Assembly (NCBI GenBank): GCA_964016885.1
Contig: OZ024740.1
Span: 218,302,001 to 218,366,000 of the forward strand
DNA length: 64,000 bases
From: Eledone cirrhosa
Lineage: Eukaryota
Direction of reading: 5' to 3'
Shown here in pieces: positions 41,906 to 56,319 of this stretch (the first letter of the stretch is position 1; every line of letters starts with the position of its first letter). The notes beneath the pieces were generated by a model. The model was not told the DNA's origin and searched no databases. It saw only the letters and a program-made list of their open reading frames with translations. Position numbers and translations under genes: made by a program.

Positions 41906-41999
41906 AACATATTACATATGTTTCACTATCGATCAGCTTGAGGCAAGACCTATTATAGATCGAACCTGATTCTGCAATCGAAAAGCCGTCAGATATGTT
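41906..41999 (-). ncRNA. Type I hammerhead-like motif with ~60-nt stem II insertion
   Basis: aacatat-CTGACGG-cttttcgatt...gatcgatagt-GAAA-catatg-TA-atatgtt; 7-bp stem I, palindromic helix III. Confidence 0.65.
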
Positions 42000-42087
42000 T
42001 TGTACTTGAATTCGTCTCCGATTCTGCGCGACCATCGAGTGCTCAATCGGCATACCGCCTACGGACGCATTTTTCCTGCAACCATAC

Positions 42088-42155
<68 letters not shown>

Positions 42156-42772
42156 TAAAGTATGTCCATAGAATCATTTGATAAAATATATACACCATTT
42201 CCCCTCCGAATTCAAAATGGCTAAGAACTGTGACGTGGCAGTGGTCAAGTCTGAAAGAATGTGATTGATGCCTTACGGTGAGTGGGCTGGTTGCTAGAAA
42301 GCGCAGCTTAATATTGCCTAAATTGCATCTCAACCATATGGGAGATTATCAAATATAAAGATTTACATATACACAAACTAGAGAAAGTCATATATATATA
42401 TATATATTAGGCAACCATTCACGATGTGGCTCAATGATGAATTAATTAATTAAATAATCAACAATCAGAGCAATATACAATAAAGTATGTCCATAGAATC
42501 ATTTGATAAAATATATACACCATTTCCTCTCCCAATCAGCATAATAAACCACACAAAAAAACAATTAAACCAGGCTATAAGATTAAAAGACACCTATGAA
42601 GAAATAATAGATAAATAAACGACAGCTATCTATTCGCGATCAACAGCCATAGGATATTTACCCAGCATTTCCAATAACACGTGGAAATCGATTAAATATA
42701 TCGTCAACCATACACAATTAGGTATAAAATCAAAGTTAGAAGAAAAAATGTATATAAACATACCAAAATTAC

Positions 42773-42854
42773 GTTTCTACCCCACTGGGTTTCATTCGCT
42801 TTTGGAAATATCCGATCAAGGATAAATTCACGAGCTTCGAAATCATCAGGAAAC
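42773..42854 (-). ncRNA. Type I hammerhead with extended stem II
   Basis: gtttc-CTGATGA-t-ttcg..gct...agcgaa-t-GAAA-ccc-agtg-ggg-TA-gaaac, inside the element at ~42355-43000. Confidence 0.8.
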
Positions 42855-43019
42855 AAACTCACTTGGACGAAGATTTTTCTTAAATGATCCCCGCCAGAAA
42901 CGAATCCAGAACTGTGCGTGCGTTTAATGGCAAATTTCAGTAAATCAGCACAATTTTAATTAATTAGTCTCTATGATTCTTAGACCTTTGGACAATTCAA
43001 AGGACGAAAGAAATCATAA

Positions 43020-43515
43020 TCTATATATCTAAAACAGAGAATGTCTGTCTATCTGTCTGACTCCCTAAAACTCGAGAACCACCCAACCGATTGTTTTCAA
43101 ACTTTACACATGTAATACTTATGGTCCTGTGAGTGTTTTGAGAAAAAGTTTCAAATTTTCAATGCCCTATGGACTGCATTAGGCGAATTAGCGATCTCTC
43201 TCTTTCTTTTAGTTTTTCTTTTTAGATAGATACATAGATATAACGTTGCGCCCTTATAATACCTGTCTGTATGTCTAGCTGTCTGCATTACGACATTATG
43301 ACGTCGCTATCTGTGTGTATATATATGTATATATAGTGTGTAACGTTTTTCGAAATATTTATATAGTTATATATTCGTGTACAGATATTTTTGCATACGC
43401 AATAACAAAATATAAACAAACGTATTTATTTCACGAGGCTCAATAAGGATAAATATATATCAAATATATAAGAACCCTAGAGCAAATCCCGAGCAACGCC
43501 GGTCCATTCTGCTAG
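43020..43515 (+). mobile_element. Non-autonomous Helitron carrying a PLE-tail fragment
   Basis: A|TC start, (TCTG) repeats, 3' CCCGAGCAACGCCGG..CTAG|T; 43436-43487 matches the 12077/37650 PLE tail. Confidence 0.8.
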
Positions 43516-44167
43516 TGATTTACTAAAATATCGCATTGGAAGTTACTGTTCTATGGTAAGGGTCTTTTAAAACTGACAATTTTCCATAAAAACCCCGTTT
43601 TACACGTTTCATCAAATGCATTGTTCAGTTTCTAATTCCCATTAAAGTGTTTTTTAAATGCCTCAAACTAATTCATGTATTAATATATGACATTAATAGC
43701 CAGTAATCCGGACTGTTGATTAGCCATGGCAAGAGAAACATACACCATCTGATAATGGAGAATTCGTGCTTTTGCTCATCATGTATTAGAATATGAATTA
43801 TTTCTTTATTCACATATGAGGGCTCATTCTTTCGTAATAGAAAATCACACTCAAGTAACTATATATATATATTCATAAGATATAGAGTAAGAGGAAGGAA
43901 CGAATAAGAAAAAATGTTGAGAAATAACACGCGTGTATTCATCAGCCATTTTGGAGTACATATATATATATTTAGAATGAGTGGGAAGAGAGCAGCATTG
44001 ATCAAATAATGTTATTCCATATTAACTAATTTTATTGAGTATTTTTTCCGCTTAATTGCAATTCTCTTCAAGGTGAAATTGCATCAGTAAATCTATTTAT
44101 CTACCTATATATCTATCTACTTATCTATGTACCTCCCTATCTACCTATCTCCTTGTCAACCTATACA

Positions 44168-44223
<56 letters not shown>

Positions 44224-44313
44224 CCTATCTACTTATCAATCCATGTAGTTAATCAATCATCAATCACTCAATCTATACGCCACCACACCCGCTGACACAC
44301 ACTGACACACACT

Positions 44314-44380
<67 letters not shown>

Positions 44381-44382
<2 letters not shown>

Positions 44383-44660
44383 CATTATAAGAATGTGATT
44401 TAAGTATATTCATACACAGTTAAGTGTACACTAAGACATATCAAAACATAGAACTAGAGACAATCTACACTGAGAGTAAGACTACATAATCCGTTGAGTA
44501 TCTTATTAAATCTAATAAAAAAAATTTTAAACAAAATACCAGTGTAGCTTGTCTCTAGTTCTATGTTTTGATATGTCTTAGTACACACTTAACTATGTAT
44601 GAATATACTTCAATCACATTCTTATAATGATTGAGGCTCGATTTTATTCTCTGAATTCTA
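44381..44660. mobile_element. Fold-back element next to (TA)n
   Basis: Arms ~44381-44472 and 44540-44631 plus a ~30-nt tail. Confidence 0.75.
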
Positions 44661-44739
44661 TCTTGAGCTGTTTTTAGAGACAAGACATATGTTTGATTTC
44701 GTATCATTCATGACACCCTTTACTTTGAAAGTAATAATG

Positions 44740-44819
<80 letters not shown>

Positions 44820-44822
<3 letters not shown>

Positions 44823-46880
44823 CGAATCAAGGGTAATGATGTTACCAACTATAGACCTATCACATGTCTGCCCGTAATGTGGAAACTGTTGACGAGCATT
44901 GTGTCTGAGGAAATCTACCATCACCTCCACACAAACAACTTGTTGCCGGACGAACAGAAAGGATGCCGAAAGAAGTCACGTGGTACAAAGGACCAGTTGC
45001 TTATTGATAAGATGGTAATGGGGAATTGCAGGAGGAGACACACTGATCTTGCCATGGGATGGATAGACTACAGAAAGGCATTTGACATGGTGCCTCATTC
45101 CTGGATCACCAAAAGCCTGGAGATCTTCAGGGTGGCAGATAACATCAGACAGTTGCTGGGCAGGAGTATGGGGTCCTGGGAGACAGAGTTGACATCAACT
45201 GGAGTATCCTTGGGAAGCGTGAAGATCAAGAGAGGTATCTTCCAGGGAGATAGCCTGTCCCCTCTGTTGTTTGTCCTTGCCCTGATGCCCTTGACCATTA
45301 TGCTGCGAAAAGTGAGAGCAGGATACAAGTTGGGAAGGGGAGAGCTTACCATCAATCACCTCCTCTTCATGGACGATCTTAAGCTCTTCGGGAAAAGTGA
45401 GAAGGAGTTGGATGTGCTTGTTGACACTGTCCGTATTTTCAGCAGTGATATATGTATGCAGTTTGGTATTGGTAAATGTGGAGTCATTGTGATGAGGAGG
45501 GGTAGGTTGAGCAGAAGTAACGGGATCCAGATACCAACAGGTGAGATGATAAAGGAAATTGACTCTGAGGAAGGATACAAGTATTTGGGCGTTCTGGAGG
45601 CTGATGGCATAAAGAACAAAAAAATGAAGGAATTGTTAAGAACTGAATACATTCGGAGAGTAAGGAGCGTATTGAAGTCACATCTGAACAGCAGAAATGC
45701 CATAAGCGCAGTAAATTCCCGAGCTGTGTCTATTATTAGGTACAGTGCGGGAATTCTGAGATGGAATGTTGCTGAACAAAAAGAAATGGATAGGAAGACT
45801 AGGAAGCTATTGACTATCTACAACATGTTCCACAAGAGGAGTGATGTCGATAGACTCTACCTAAGGAGATCTGAGGGTGGAAGAGGTCTTATCAGCATAG
45901 AGGACTGTGTTCAGATGGAGAAAAACAACCTATACAAATACGTGACCTATAGTAAGGAGCCAATGCTCAGAGCTGTACTGAAGGAGGGGACAGTAGGCCA
46001 GGGGATACCCAAGGAGGAAATAACATCAAGGAGGAAGAGCAGCCTTAAGGGAAAATCCCTTCATAGTACCTTCTTTGAGAAAACTGAATTTAGAGATCCA
46101 CAGACATGGAACTGGTTGAGAAGAGGAGACCTCAAAAAGGCTACAGAAGGAATGCTAATGGCTGCGCAGGAGCAGGCCCTCAAAACGAAGTGGTTGAAGC
46201 ACCATATCTACAAGGAGGAGGCTAGCCCACTGTGCAGGATCTGTGGAGAGAGAGAGGAGACTGTGGCTCACATTGTGTCCGAGTGTAAACACCTAGCCCA
46301 GACCCACTATAAGGGCTGGAGACACGATGTGATGGGCAGGGTGATCCACTGGCACCTGTGCAAAGTAAACAATCTACCACATTCTGAGAAATGGTATGAG
46401 CATAGGCCAGAGGCGGTGATGGAGAACAGTCAGGTGAAGGTGCTGTGGGATTTTAGGATACAGACGGACAAAAAACTGGAACACAATAGACCTGACCTGG
46501 TGGTTGTGGACAAAGAAAAAAGATCGTGCCTGATTGTGGATGTGGCCTGCCCGTTCGACACGAGAGTGCAAGAGAAGGAGAGGGAGAAAATTAACCGATA
46601 CCAGGACCTAAAGTGGGAGGTGAAAAGGATTTGGAACTGCCATGAAGTCAAAGTGATCCCGATTGTCATAGGCGCACTGGGGACTATCTCCAAAGGTTTC
46701 CAGGGATGGTTAAAGAAAATCGGCCCCTTCACGCTTTTTGGAACGCTTCAAAAGGCATGCTTGCTTGGAACGGCAAGAACCCTCCGATACGTCCTGAATA
46801 TCTGAGGCTGCAGGTAGTGGCTTGATATTCAATCCAACGGACTTTCCAGTTAACCAACATCAATGACTGAGATTCAAGGA
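44820..46880 (+). mobile_element. 5'-truncated R4/Dong-clade retrotransposon in (TAA)n
   Basis: Open RT + CCHC + REL ORF, short 3'UTR, TAA repeats on both sides. Confidence 0.92.
44877..46805 (+). CDS. Reverse transcriptase + CCHC knuckle + restriction-like endonuclease (R4/Dong), N-terminally truncated
   Basis: [70 protein letters not shown]. Confidence 0.93.
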   Translation: MWKLLTSIVSEEIYHHLHTNNLLPDEQKGCRKKSRGTKDQLLIDKMVMGNCRRRHTDLAMGWIDYRKAFDMVPHSWITKSLEIFRVADNIRQLLGRSMGSWETELTSTGVSLGSVKIKRGIFQGDSLSPLLFVLALMPLTIMLRKVRAGYKLGRGELTINHLLFMDDLKLFGKSEKELDVLVDTVRIFSSDICMQFGIGKCGVIVMRRGRLSRSNGIQIPTGEMIKEIDSEEGYKYLGVLEADGIKNKKMKELLRTEYIRRVRSVLKSHLNSRNAISAVNSRAVSIIRYSAGILRWNVAEQKEMDRKTRKLLTIYNMFHKRSDVDRLYLRRSEGGRGLISIEDCVQMEKNNLYKYVTYSKEPMLRAVLKEGTVGQGIPKEEITSRRKSSLKGKSLHSTFFEKTEFRDPQTWNWLRRGDLKKATEGMLMAAQEQALKTKWLKHHIYKEEASPLCRICGEREETVAHIVSECKHLAQTHYKGWRHDVMGRVIHWHLCKVNNLPHSEKWYEHRPEAVMENSQVKVLWDFRIQTDKKLEHNRPDLVVVDKEKRSCLIVDVACPFDTRVQEKEREKINRYQDLKWEVKRIWNCHEVKVIPIVIGALGTISKGFQGWLKKIGPFTLFGTLQKACLLGTARTLRYVLNI

Positions 46881-46894
46881 ATAACAATAACAAT

Positions 46895-48759
46895 AATAAT
46901 GATTTCTTTATTAACCACAAGGGTTTACATAAAGTAGACATTAAGGAGAGTGCAGGACAATGCAGGACGGTACAAATGGGCATTTCTGCGTGTAAAAAAC
47001 AAAAACATAGGATGTAACAAAAAATAACAATGAAAAATTCCCCAATAGGGGGAGACTTCGGAGGGACATTTGTGGAGAAAGCCCAGTAAAAAGCCACAAT
47101 GACCCTGACCACCAAGGCAAGTGCCCTCTCCCAGTTTTCCACCTTTAATTTACAGATATATACTCAGAGTAGGCCCATTCACTCGGGCCATTCTTGCTTA
47201 TCTCACCCATCTTTCAACAAAATGCTGGGAAGAGAGCACTTCCCTCTCTACTCTGATTTTCCTTTTCAAATGAAATTTGAAAAAGTCAATCAGAGCATCA
47301 CCGAAGAGGTAAGTGCTCGTCTTCAGCCCTTTCAAACGTGTCCACCATACTATCTCTTTCGCCATGGCCACCAGGCAGATAAAAACTGCCTGCCCTTCCC
47401 GGCTAAAGGAAGAGGGCGGGGAAATCCTCACGATGGACTCAACTGATAGCCGGATCCGTCCTAAACGCGACAGCAGGTGTTCGACATAAACCCACAAGTC
47501 AGCAATTTTCGGACACTGGACGAGTGCGTGCAGGACGGTTTCGTCGCCCTGCGCGCATCTCGGACATGCCCGGCTGACGGCACCTCCATGCCTGTAGAGT
47601 TTATCCCGAACTGGCAAGGCTCCTCGGTAGCACTGCCAGGCCAGAGATTTCTGGAAGTTGTCCATAGGCCCCGGCCCGAAAGTTCTTCCGAAGATATTGG
47701 CTAGTTGATTTTCGTCGACGCCTAGAGTTTCCCCAAGTACGTCGTCGCTCTTCCCCTCCACTAATCCTCTATAGAACGCCGAGGTGGAGTTTCCACCGAT
47801 CACATTGCCCGATTGGTCGAGGGCTGTGAGCGCCTGAAGACATTCCAGTCTCCAGGCGCTCCCTCTCGGTCTTCGCTTGACCCAGGACTGCAGCTCCGTC
47901 AAGGAAACGAGCTGGGGAAATACGTGTCTAGCAAACGGCGACCACACCTGATCACCGTCGAGGAAGAGGTGGAGATGTCGTAGCCTGAGCGCGTGCCTGC
48001 GCATCATCAGCCACGGCATGCCCAGCCCTCCACGTAGCGGGTGTTGACAACAGATGGACCGCCTGACCATCGGAGCGCGTCCCTTCCACAAAAAGCGAAA
48101 GAGCAAACGCTCCAGCGCAGACAGGCGAGGCTTAGGACAAGGTACGACGGTCAGGCGGTAGCAGATGACAGACGCGATGTACGCGTTAGCCACCTCCGCT
48201 CGACCTTTCAGGGATAGCTTCCTCTCCGCCCATTTCTGGGTGAGAGAAGCCACCCTGCTCGTCACCTCGTCCCAGTTTTTGTCCGTCTGGAGGTCCGGAC
48301 CGAACCAGACCCCTAGCAATTTAACCGGTCCGTCCGTCCAGCGTCCGACGACGCTGTTGGACGGCATGGACCTGCCTCTCCAGGTGCCGAGCTGCAGGCC
48401 CACTGACTTTTCCTGGTTGATCATTGCTCCTGTCACCGCTTCGTATTCTCTTAGTGTAGTGCCGATCGCCTCGATGTGTTTGGCGTTCGACACCACTACG
48501 GTGACATCGTCCGCATATGCTGACACGGATCTTCCGCATCCTAGTTCGCGCGGGACGCCCCTCAACGTCTCCAGTTTGTGCAGTAATGGCTCGAGAGTCA
48601 ATACGTACAAGAGGGACGAGAGGGGACATCCTTGGCGGACCGAGCGCATGATGTTGAACGGTTCCGACAGGTGACCGTTCACTCTCACCACAGAGCAGAT
48701 GTCGCTGTGCATGGCAGCGATCCAGCCTCTGAAGACGGGCCCAAAGCCAGCCGCCCTCA
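46895..48759 (-). mobile_element. 5'-truncated Tx1/L1-clade LINE (ORF2 C-terminal half 47198-48712)
   Basis: VRQGCPLS, AYADD, KLLGV, LSLKGR, GGLG, CPRC..ETVLHALVQC; (ATT)n tail. Confidence 0.92.
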
Positions 48760-50125
<1,366 letters not shown>

Positions 50126-50137
50126 ATAATATATATA

Positions 50138-50820
50138 TAAAGCATTGAGTGAGTGGGAAAACGAGAGAAGGCATATCGGTCATACCCGATGACTTCGTCA
50201 CAGTATTATTATTTAAACTCGCAGGGATAAGTCCATTCCAAATTGTAAGTTGAACTTTTTACTCTGTTCACCATAGCTCGATTTTTGTTATTTGTTTGCA
50301 ATTTTTGTCTTTGCTTTCTATTTGGAAGCCCTGGCTGAGTGCTTCGTGGTTCATTTTTTATCTTTTCAATTTGAAAAAAAACGTGCCAACGTGTTCTTTG
50401 AAATGACCAGCGCTTGCTTACCTCCTCTTCACTGTTACACGACACTGACCGAGGAGTTTACTACAGTAATGACGAGATCATGCCAAGAAAGTAGGCTCTA
50501 ACTGACCTGTTCCGAAAAGGCTAATTCCTCGCTGATGAAGCTGATCTTAGCCAATTACGTAATGCTTAACAGCATTACCTGATTTCTGTGCATGCCAGTT
50601 CCATATGGACTGTCGCCAGCAGATGGGGTAGCAGAAACTAATACATTAATCCGGGACCAGAGAATCAAACTCTATACCTACACGAAATTGTTTTTCTCAC
50701 TATTCAACGTATTAAGTGTACCCTCTGTTTTCCTTTTGGTTGGTATCTTAATGATACTGGCTTAATTAAAGCATTGAGCGAGTGGGAAAATGATCGAAGG
50801 CATATCGGTCCTATTCGTTA
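50138..50820 (+). mobile_element. Non-coding element with ~45-bp direct terminal repeats and a hammerhead-like motif (50528-50655)
   Basis: aaagcattgag.gagtgggaaaa.ga..gaaggcatatcggtc at both ends, TA-flanked; ctcg-CTGATGA-a-gct..(~90 nt)..agc-a-GAAA-ctaat-ac-attaa-TC-cggg. Confidence 0.6.
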
Positions 50821-51529
50821 CATATATATATATATATATATATAATTAAAGGTTAAACAAGGTTCAATGAATAAATCAATGAATAATGTTTCACAATAGA
50901 TTAGAAGCACTACACAGTGAGGATTTCTGGAGTTATTAATATTACTTCATAATATTAATAAATATAGATATTCATGTGATCAAATATATTTTATTATACA
51001 TATTCCAGAGGCACTGAGCTATTTCAGCAGTACGTCCTCATCAGATAAAATAAGTTGATGCTTGACATACCTTGACTATGTTGATGGTTACAATTCAGTC
51101 ATGGCAGTGAATTAGTTATGACAAAACTCAATATTTATATACCTTAAGTTGAAACATGAAAAAATTAAATATAATACACAGGGTGCGTATGAGAATGTGT
51201 ATAAAGATACATAATAATAAATAGGTAATAATATATAATATAATATAAACCTACATAACTGTTAAAAATTTAAATAATTTAAATAAAATAAGATATGGAT
51301 AACGCATAATTAAAGATAGAGGAAGTGAAAGATGGAGAGAGTAACTCATGAAGAAAGAGAGAATGACGAGAAAGATACATGATCATATGCACGAAAGGCA
51401 AGAGAACTGATCAAAGGATAGAGAGAAGAAGAGAAAAGTAAGTTTAATAGTATAAACACAGGGAGGAAGACTTGTATTGTAATGGATAAACAGCGTATAA
51501 TTAGATGAGGAGGAACATATAAATATAAA

Positions 51530-54160
51530 TATATATCTGGGCATAGCTGGATGACGGTTTATTTTCGAATCCTTAAGTTAATTAGAAATGGTCAATTAAT
51601 CAAATATCAAATATATATCTGGGCATAGCTGGACGACCGTTTATTTTTGAATTCATAATTTTATTAGAAATAGTCAATTAATCAAATATATATATCTGGG
51701 CATAGCTGGATGACTGTTTATTTTCGAATTCTTATGTTAGTTAGAAATAGTCAATTAATCCAATTAATAGTCAATTAATAGTCAATTAATCCAATTAATA
51801 CTCAATTAATCCAATTAGTCAGATAGGAATAGAAATGTTAACATTACCATGGGATAATCGGACTCTGCGCAGGTTACCGATCTTCTGGATATTTTTATCC
51901 TCAATATGGTAAATAGAAAACTGCCGGAGATTACAGGGGGTTTATATAGGGACGATATTTTATTTACTGTAGTTAAGTATAGCAATACAGAATTAAATAG
52001 GGTTAAGAAAACAATAATAGAATTCTTTAAAAATTACGACCTTAAATTAGAAGTTGAAAGTAGCACTAAAATAGTTAACTTCCTTGACGTCACCCTTAAC
52101 TTAAATTTAGGATTTTATTACCCCTTCCATAAGCCCAATGAAAACTTAAATTACTTTAACTATTACTCTAATCACCCTAAATCCGTGAAAAATGCAATAG
52201 TCAATAGTGTGCAGAAACGCATAACTAGATTATCCGCTAATAAATCCATGTTTGATGAAAAAGCTGGATACTATAATGAGGCGCTACGTTAGACAGGATA
52301 TAAAAGTAATATTGAATATCTGGATAATAATAATTTGAATTACAAACTAGGTAAAAATACGACTAACATAAATAAACTAGATTCTAAAAATTATTTAAAT
52401 ATAAATAAAAACACCAATGCCGTGAATAAATCTTTGAAAAAAATCAGAACCAAATCAGTTATTTGGTTTGCACCTCCTGCCTCTTTGGCAATCAGAACAC
52501 CGCTAGCAAATTTATTCTTTAAAGCTTTAGATAAATGTTTTCCCAGAACATATAATTACCGTTCCATATTCAATAGACACACAATTAAGCTATCTTATTC
52601 TACAACTATGAATATGGCTCAGAACATTGCAAAAATAAATAGTAGAATTCTTAATCATAACCAACAAACAATTAGGGATAATGACAATATTAACACTGAC
52701 AATATTAATACTGGGAATAACACTAACATTAATTTAAGCACTATCAATAGAACAAGTATTAGCAATGTTAACGTGAACTGTTCAAATTATACTAATAACA
52801 ATAAATCGAAATGTAATTGTAGAAATAGATCAAATTGCCCTCTGCAAAATAATTGTCTTGATAAGAATCAAGTTTATAAATGTACCGTTAAAGCAAATAA
52901 CATCATATACAACTATATAGGTGCAACTTCATCGACCTTTAAATTAAGATTTTCGAATCACAAATATTCATTTTCGAATCCCAATAGGAAATGTTCGACC
53001 TCTTTATCACAACTTATATGGTCGTTAAAAGAGAAAAATGTTCAATACTCTATTTCTTGGTCCAAACTGTGTAATAGTCAAGTCTACTTGAATTCTTCAA
53101 TATCACCTAACTGCAATCTTTGTACTATGGAGACCCTATTAATAATTAATAATTATGATAACTTAATTAACAAAAAAAGTGAATTATTCTCAAATTGCTT
53201 ACACAAAGCTACATCTACATTCCAAGCCTCACAAAAAGTCAGGAAAAAACATTGAATAAATATGATTTGAATTTGACGTTTATTATCAACTAAGAGCGTA
53301 AAACGATACTATATCACATTATAAATCCTTCTAATAATTTTATTATTTATAATATGATTAATGTTAGATTAAGGGTTCTACCTAAACATATAAATTGTTA
53401 ACATGATCTATTGCTGAGTATGCATATCATTTGATTGTTTAAATACATTTAATTTTGTATTTTTTTGTATTTTTAAATCGTATAGCTTATATATTTGACA
53501 CTTATTTAGACTCATAAAGCATTTATTTATTTTGAATGTTTGTTTATGATTCAGGAAGATTGGTTTGTATATTTATAGTATAAAAGTCTCACATGATCCT
53601 AGTTGACTAATTTTTTCCACTTAACTTGATGTGAAATTTTAATTGCACTATAATATAGTCGAATCAAATTTATAACACTATTAACAGTATTTATATTTAG
53701 TTAATTATATTATATATACTGACTAATATCGTCTTAAATTTTAAACATTATACTCTATATATAAATTATACAAATGCGTATATCTAGTTTAATAATATTC
53801 TATTTAAATACATTTATATGGCTTTTGGATACTTAAGGACATTTTAATTTTATAATTGTAATTGTTTTCTAACTTATATATTGAATATATTTCTTAATTT
53901 TAATATAATATAATTTTGATTACCTTTGGAGTGATGATAATCTTAAGTTTTTTCTCATGTTTGCAAACACTTTAAATATGATATTATACTATAATATAAA
54001 TCTTTATAAATTTTATAGTCAGAAATCTTATGCCATTGGATTAATTGACTATTTCTAACTAACATAAGAATTCGAAAATAAACGGTCATCCAGCTCTGCC
54101 GAGATATATATATATTTGATTAATTGACTATTTCTAATTAAATTATGAATTCAATAAAGG
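51530..54160 (+). mobile_element. 5'-truncated PLE (Cys-rich GIY-YIG type) bracketed by inverted ~80-bp repeats
   Basis: Three tandem units at 51530-51770 and inverted copies at 54035-54158. Confidence 0.8.
51850..53255 (+). pseudogene. PLE RT C-terminal half + GIY-YIG endonuclease, in-frame TAG at 52290
   Basis: DSAQVTDL, GGLYRDD, NFLDVTL, SNHP, IWFAPP, CNCR..CPLQNNC, VYKC..YIG..FKLR..H, CNLC..E. Confidence 0.9.
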
Positions 54161-54510
54161 GTGTGAGGCATATAGGGGTGGTGGTGGATAGAGGGGGTGG
54201 AGAGGGGAGAGGGAGACGGGGGGTCCGAGCGGGGTGAAGGTGGTGTGTGTGTGTACGTGTGTGTATGTAAATGTGAGAGTTGGTAGAAGAACGAGGTTCC
54301 ATGTTCAGGTAAAAGGGAAACCGGTGTGTACATGGCGTGGGGTGTAAGTCGGTGTGTGTGTGTGTGTGTGTGCGTGTGGATGGAGATGAGTCAGAGGGGA
54401 TGGGGGAGAGGGCGCGTGTAGAGTTGTATGTGTGCATGTGCATCTGTACATGTGTATATGCAGTTATTAGATGCACAATTTTGGGAATGTTTTACATATT
54501 TTTTATATAC

Positions 54511-54541
<31 letters not shown>

Positions 54542-54544
54542 TGC

Positions 54545-55110
54545 ATGTATCCCAGTACAACCTGTCTCATGGTCGGGTCGTTGGCGACTAAACTGGCAAC
54601 CCCACCAAGGTTTCTTGGCTTTGGACATCCTGCAGGACTAAAAACAAAACCTGTCAAAAGGCAAAGGGGCTCTTAAGAGTCAATAGCCATCCAAAATCAC
54701 CGGGAGAGATGACCCCTTAGCCTTTGTCAAGGCAGAATTCTAGGAGAAGGAAAACTCTGATATAACACCTGCAACCCTGATGGTATCCAATGATGTTGAC
54801 TTGTTCTTCTTTTTGGTAAATATCATCTTGGTTAAGAGAGTGGGACTGGCTTTGTGCAGTGCCTTTGCTCACTATAAAAGCTTCACAGCACAGGCATTGC
54901 TTTATATCTGGAGATCTCTCTGCACTTGTCGTCACATGGTACCATGGGCCCAGCACTATGTGTCAATAATTGTCACAAGTGTAGTGTTTGTACCAGAGTT
55001 TTCAAGTCGCAGGCTGGACTAAAAAGTCACACTCGTTCAGCGCATTGGTAGGGGTTCTCCTACATGGATATAAAGTAGTGGCCGTACTCGAAAACGAGTT
55101 GGCAGCCACC
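54545..55110 (+). mobile_element. Non-autonomous RTE/RTEX-like element in (ATGT)n
   Basis: Near-identical copies at 55857-56298 and 62120-62728; internal CTAGGAGAAGGAAAACTCTG motif, recalled from RTE-group 5'UTRs; ends ...gagttggcagccacc(atgt)n. Confidence 0.75.
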
Positions 55111-55177
55111 ATGTATGTATGTATGTATGTATGTATGTATGTATGTATGTATGTATGTATGTATGTATGTATGTATG

Positions 55178-55221
<44 letters not shown>

Positions 55222-55856
55222 TATATATATGTACATATGTGTATATATGTATATATGTTTGTATGTACAGAGAGAGAGCAAGAGAGAGAGAGGAAGAGAG
55301 AGATACATATGTACATACTTATAAATGATGCTGACCTAATATCTCCAGGACTAGGAATCATTTTCTTGATGTTTGGTGACCAGAGCTATCGATCTAGCTT
55401 AAAAGGATACGGGTGTGAATATGAAACACCCACGCATTTACTATAGTCGTCTTAAGTGTTACGTTATTTTCTGATAACCTGCTATCGAACCCGAGTCGTG
55501 TAGCTGGTTTGTCAGGTACATAGTACCAGCTGTATGACATACGTTACATCTTCATATGTATGTATATGTTTGAATAAATGAATGGTTGTCGTTACACACA
55601 CGCTCACACACACATACAAACAAACATACATATACACATATGCTAATGCATACACATGAACACCTACATATACGCACTGAGACAATCATATATACACTCC
55701 CATGCACCCACAGAAATTATGTATATACACACTCAAACACATACATGTACATCATACACACGCACACATACTTATATGGTTGAATATGTAAGTTTGTATA
55801 CATGAGCATTAGTGTAAATGTTGGAACGTGAATACATATTCATGTATGTATGTATA

Positions 55857-56298
55857 TCTTAAGAGTCAATCGCCATCCAAAATCACCGGGAGAGATGACC
55901 CCCTTAGCCTTTTTCAAAGCAGAATTCTAGGCGAAGGAAAACTCTGATATAACACCTGCAACTCTGATGGTATCCAATGATGTTGACTTGTTCTTCTTTT
56001 TGGTAAATATCATCTTGGTTAAGAGAGTGGGACTGGCTTCGTGCAGTGCCTTTGCTCACTATAAAAGCTTCACGGCACAGGCATTGCTTTATATCTGGAG
56101 ATCTCTCTGCACTTGTCCTCACATGGTACCATGGGCCCAGTACTATGTGTCAATAATTGTCACAAGTGTAGTGTTTGTACCAGAGTTTTCAAGTCGCAGG
56201 CTGGACTAAAAAGTCACACTCGTTCAGCGCATCGGTAGGGGTTCTCCTACATGGATATAAAGTAGTGGCCGTACTCGAAAACGAGTTGGCAGCCACCA
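55857..56298 (+). mobile_element. 5'-truncated copy of the 54545 family
   Basis: High identity by eye; same 3' end. Confidence 0.8.
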
Positions 56299-56319
56299 TG
56301 TATGTATGTATGTATGTAT

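Noticed and set aside
51530-51790. CRISPR-like repeat array, or CTGGATGA..GAAATAGTC ribozyme
   Set aside because: Whole units repeat with no unique spacers, in a eukaryotic context; no stem I pairing.
52290-52292. In-frame stops in PLE ORFs (also 14207) as possible selenocysteine or readthrough recoding
   Set aside because: Both are TAG, not TGA, and fit single point mutations; no SECIS recognised.
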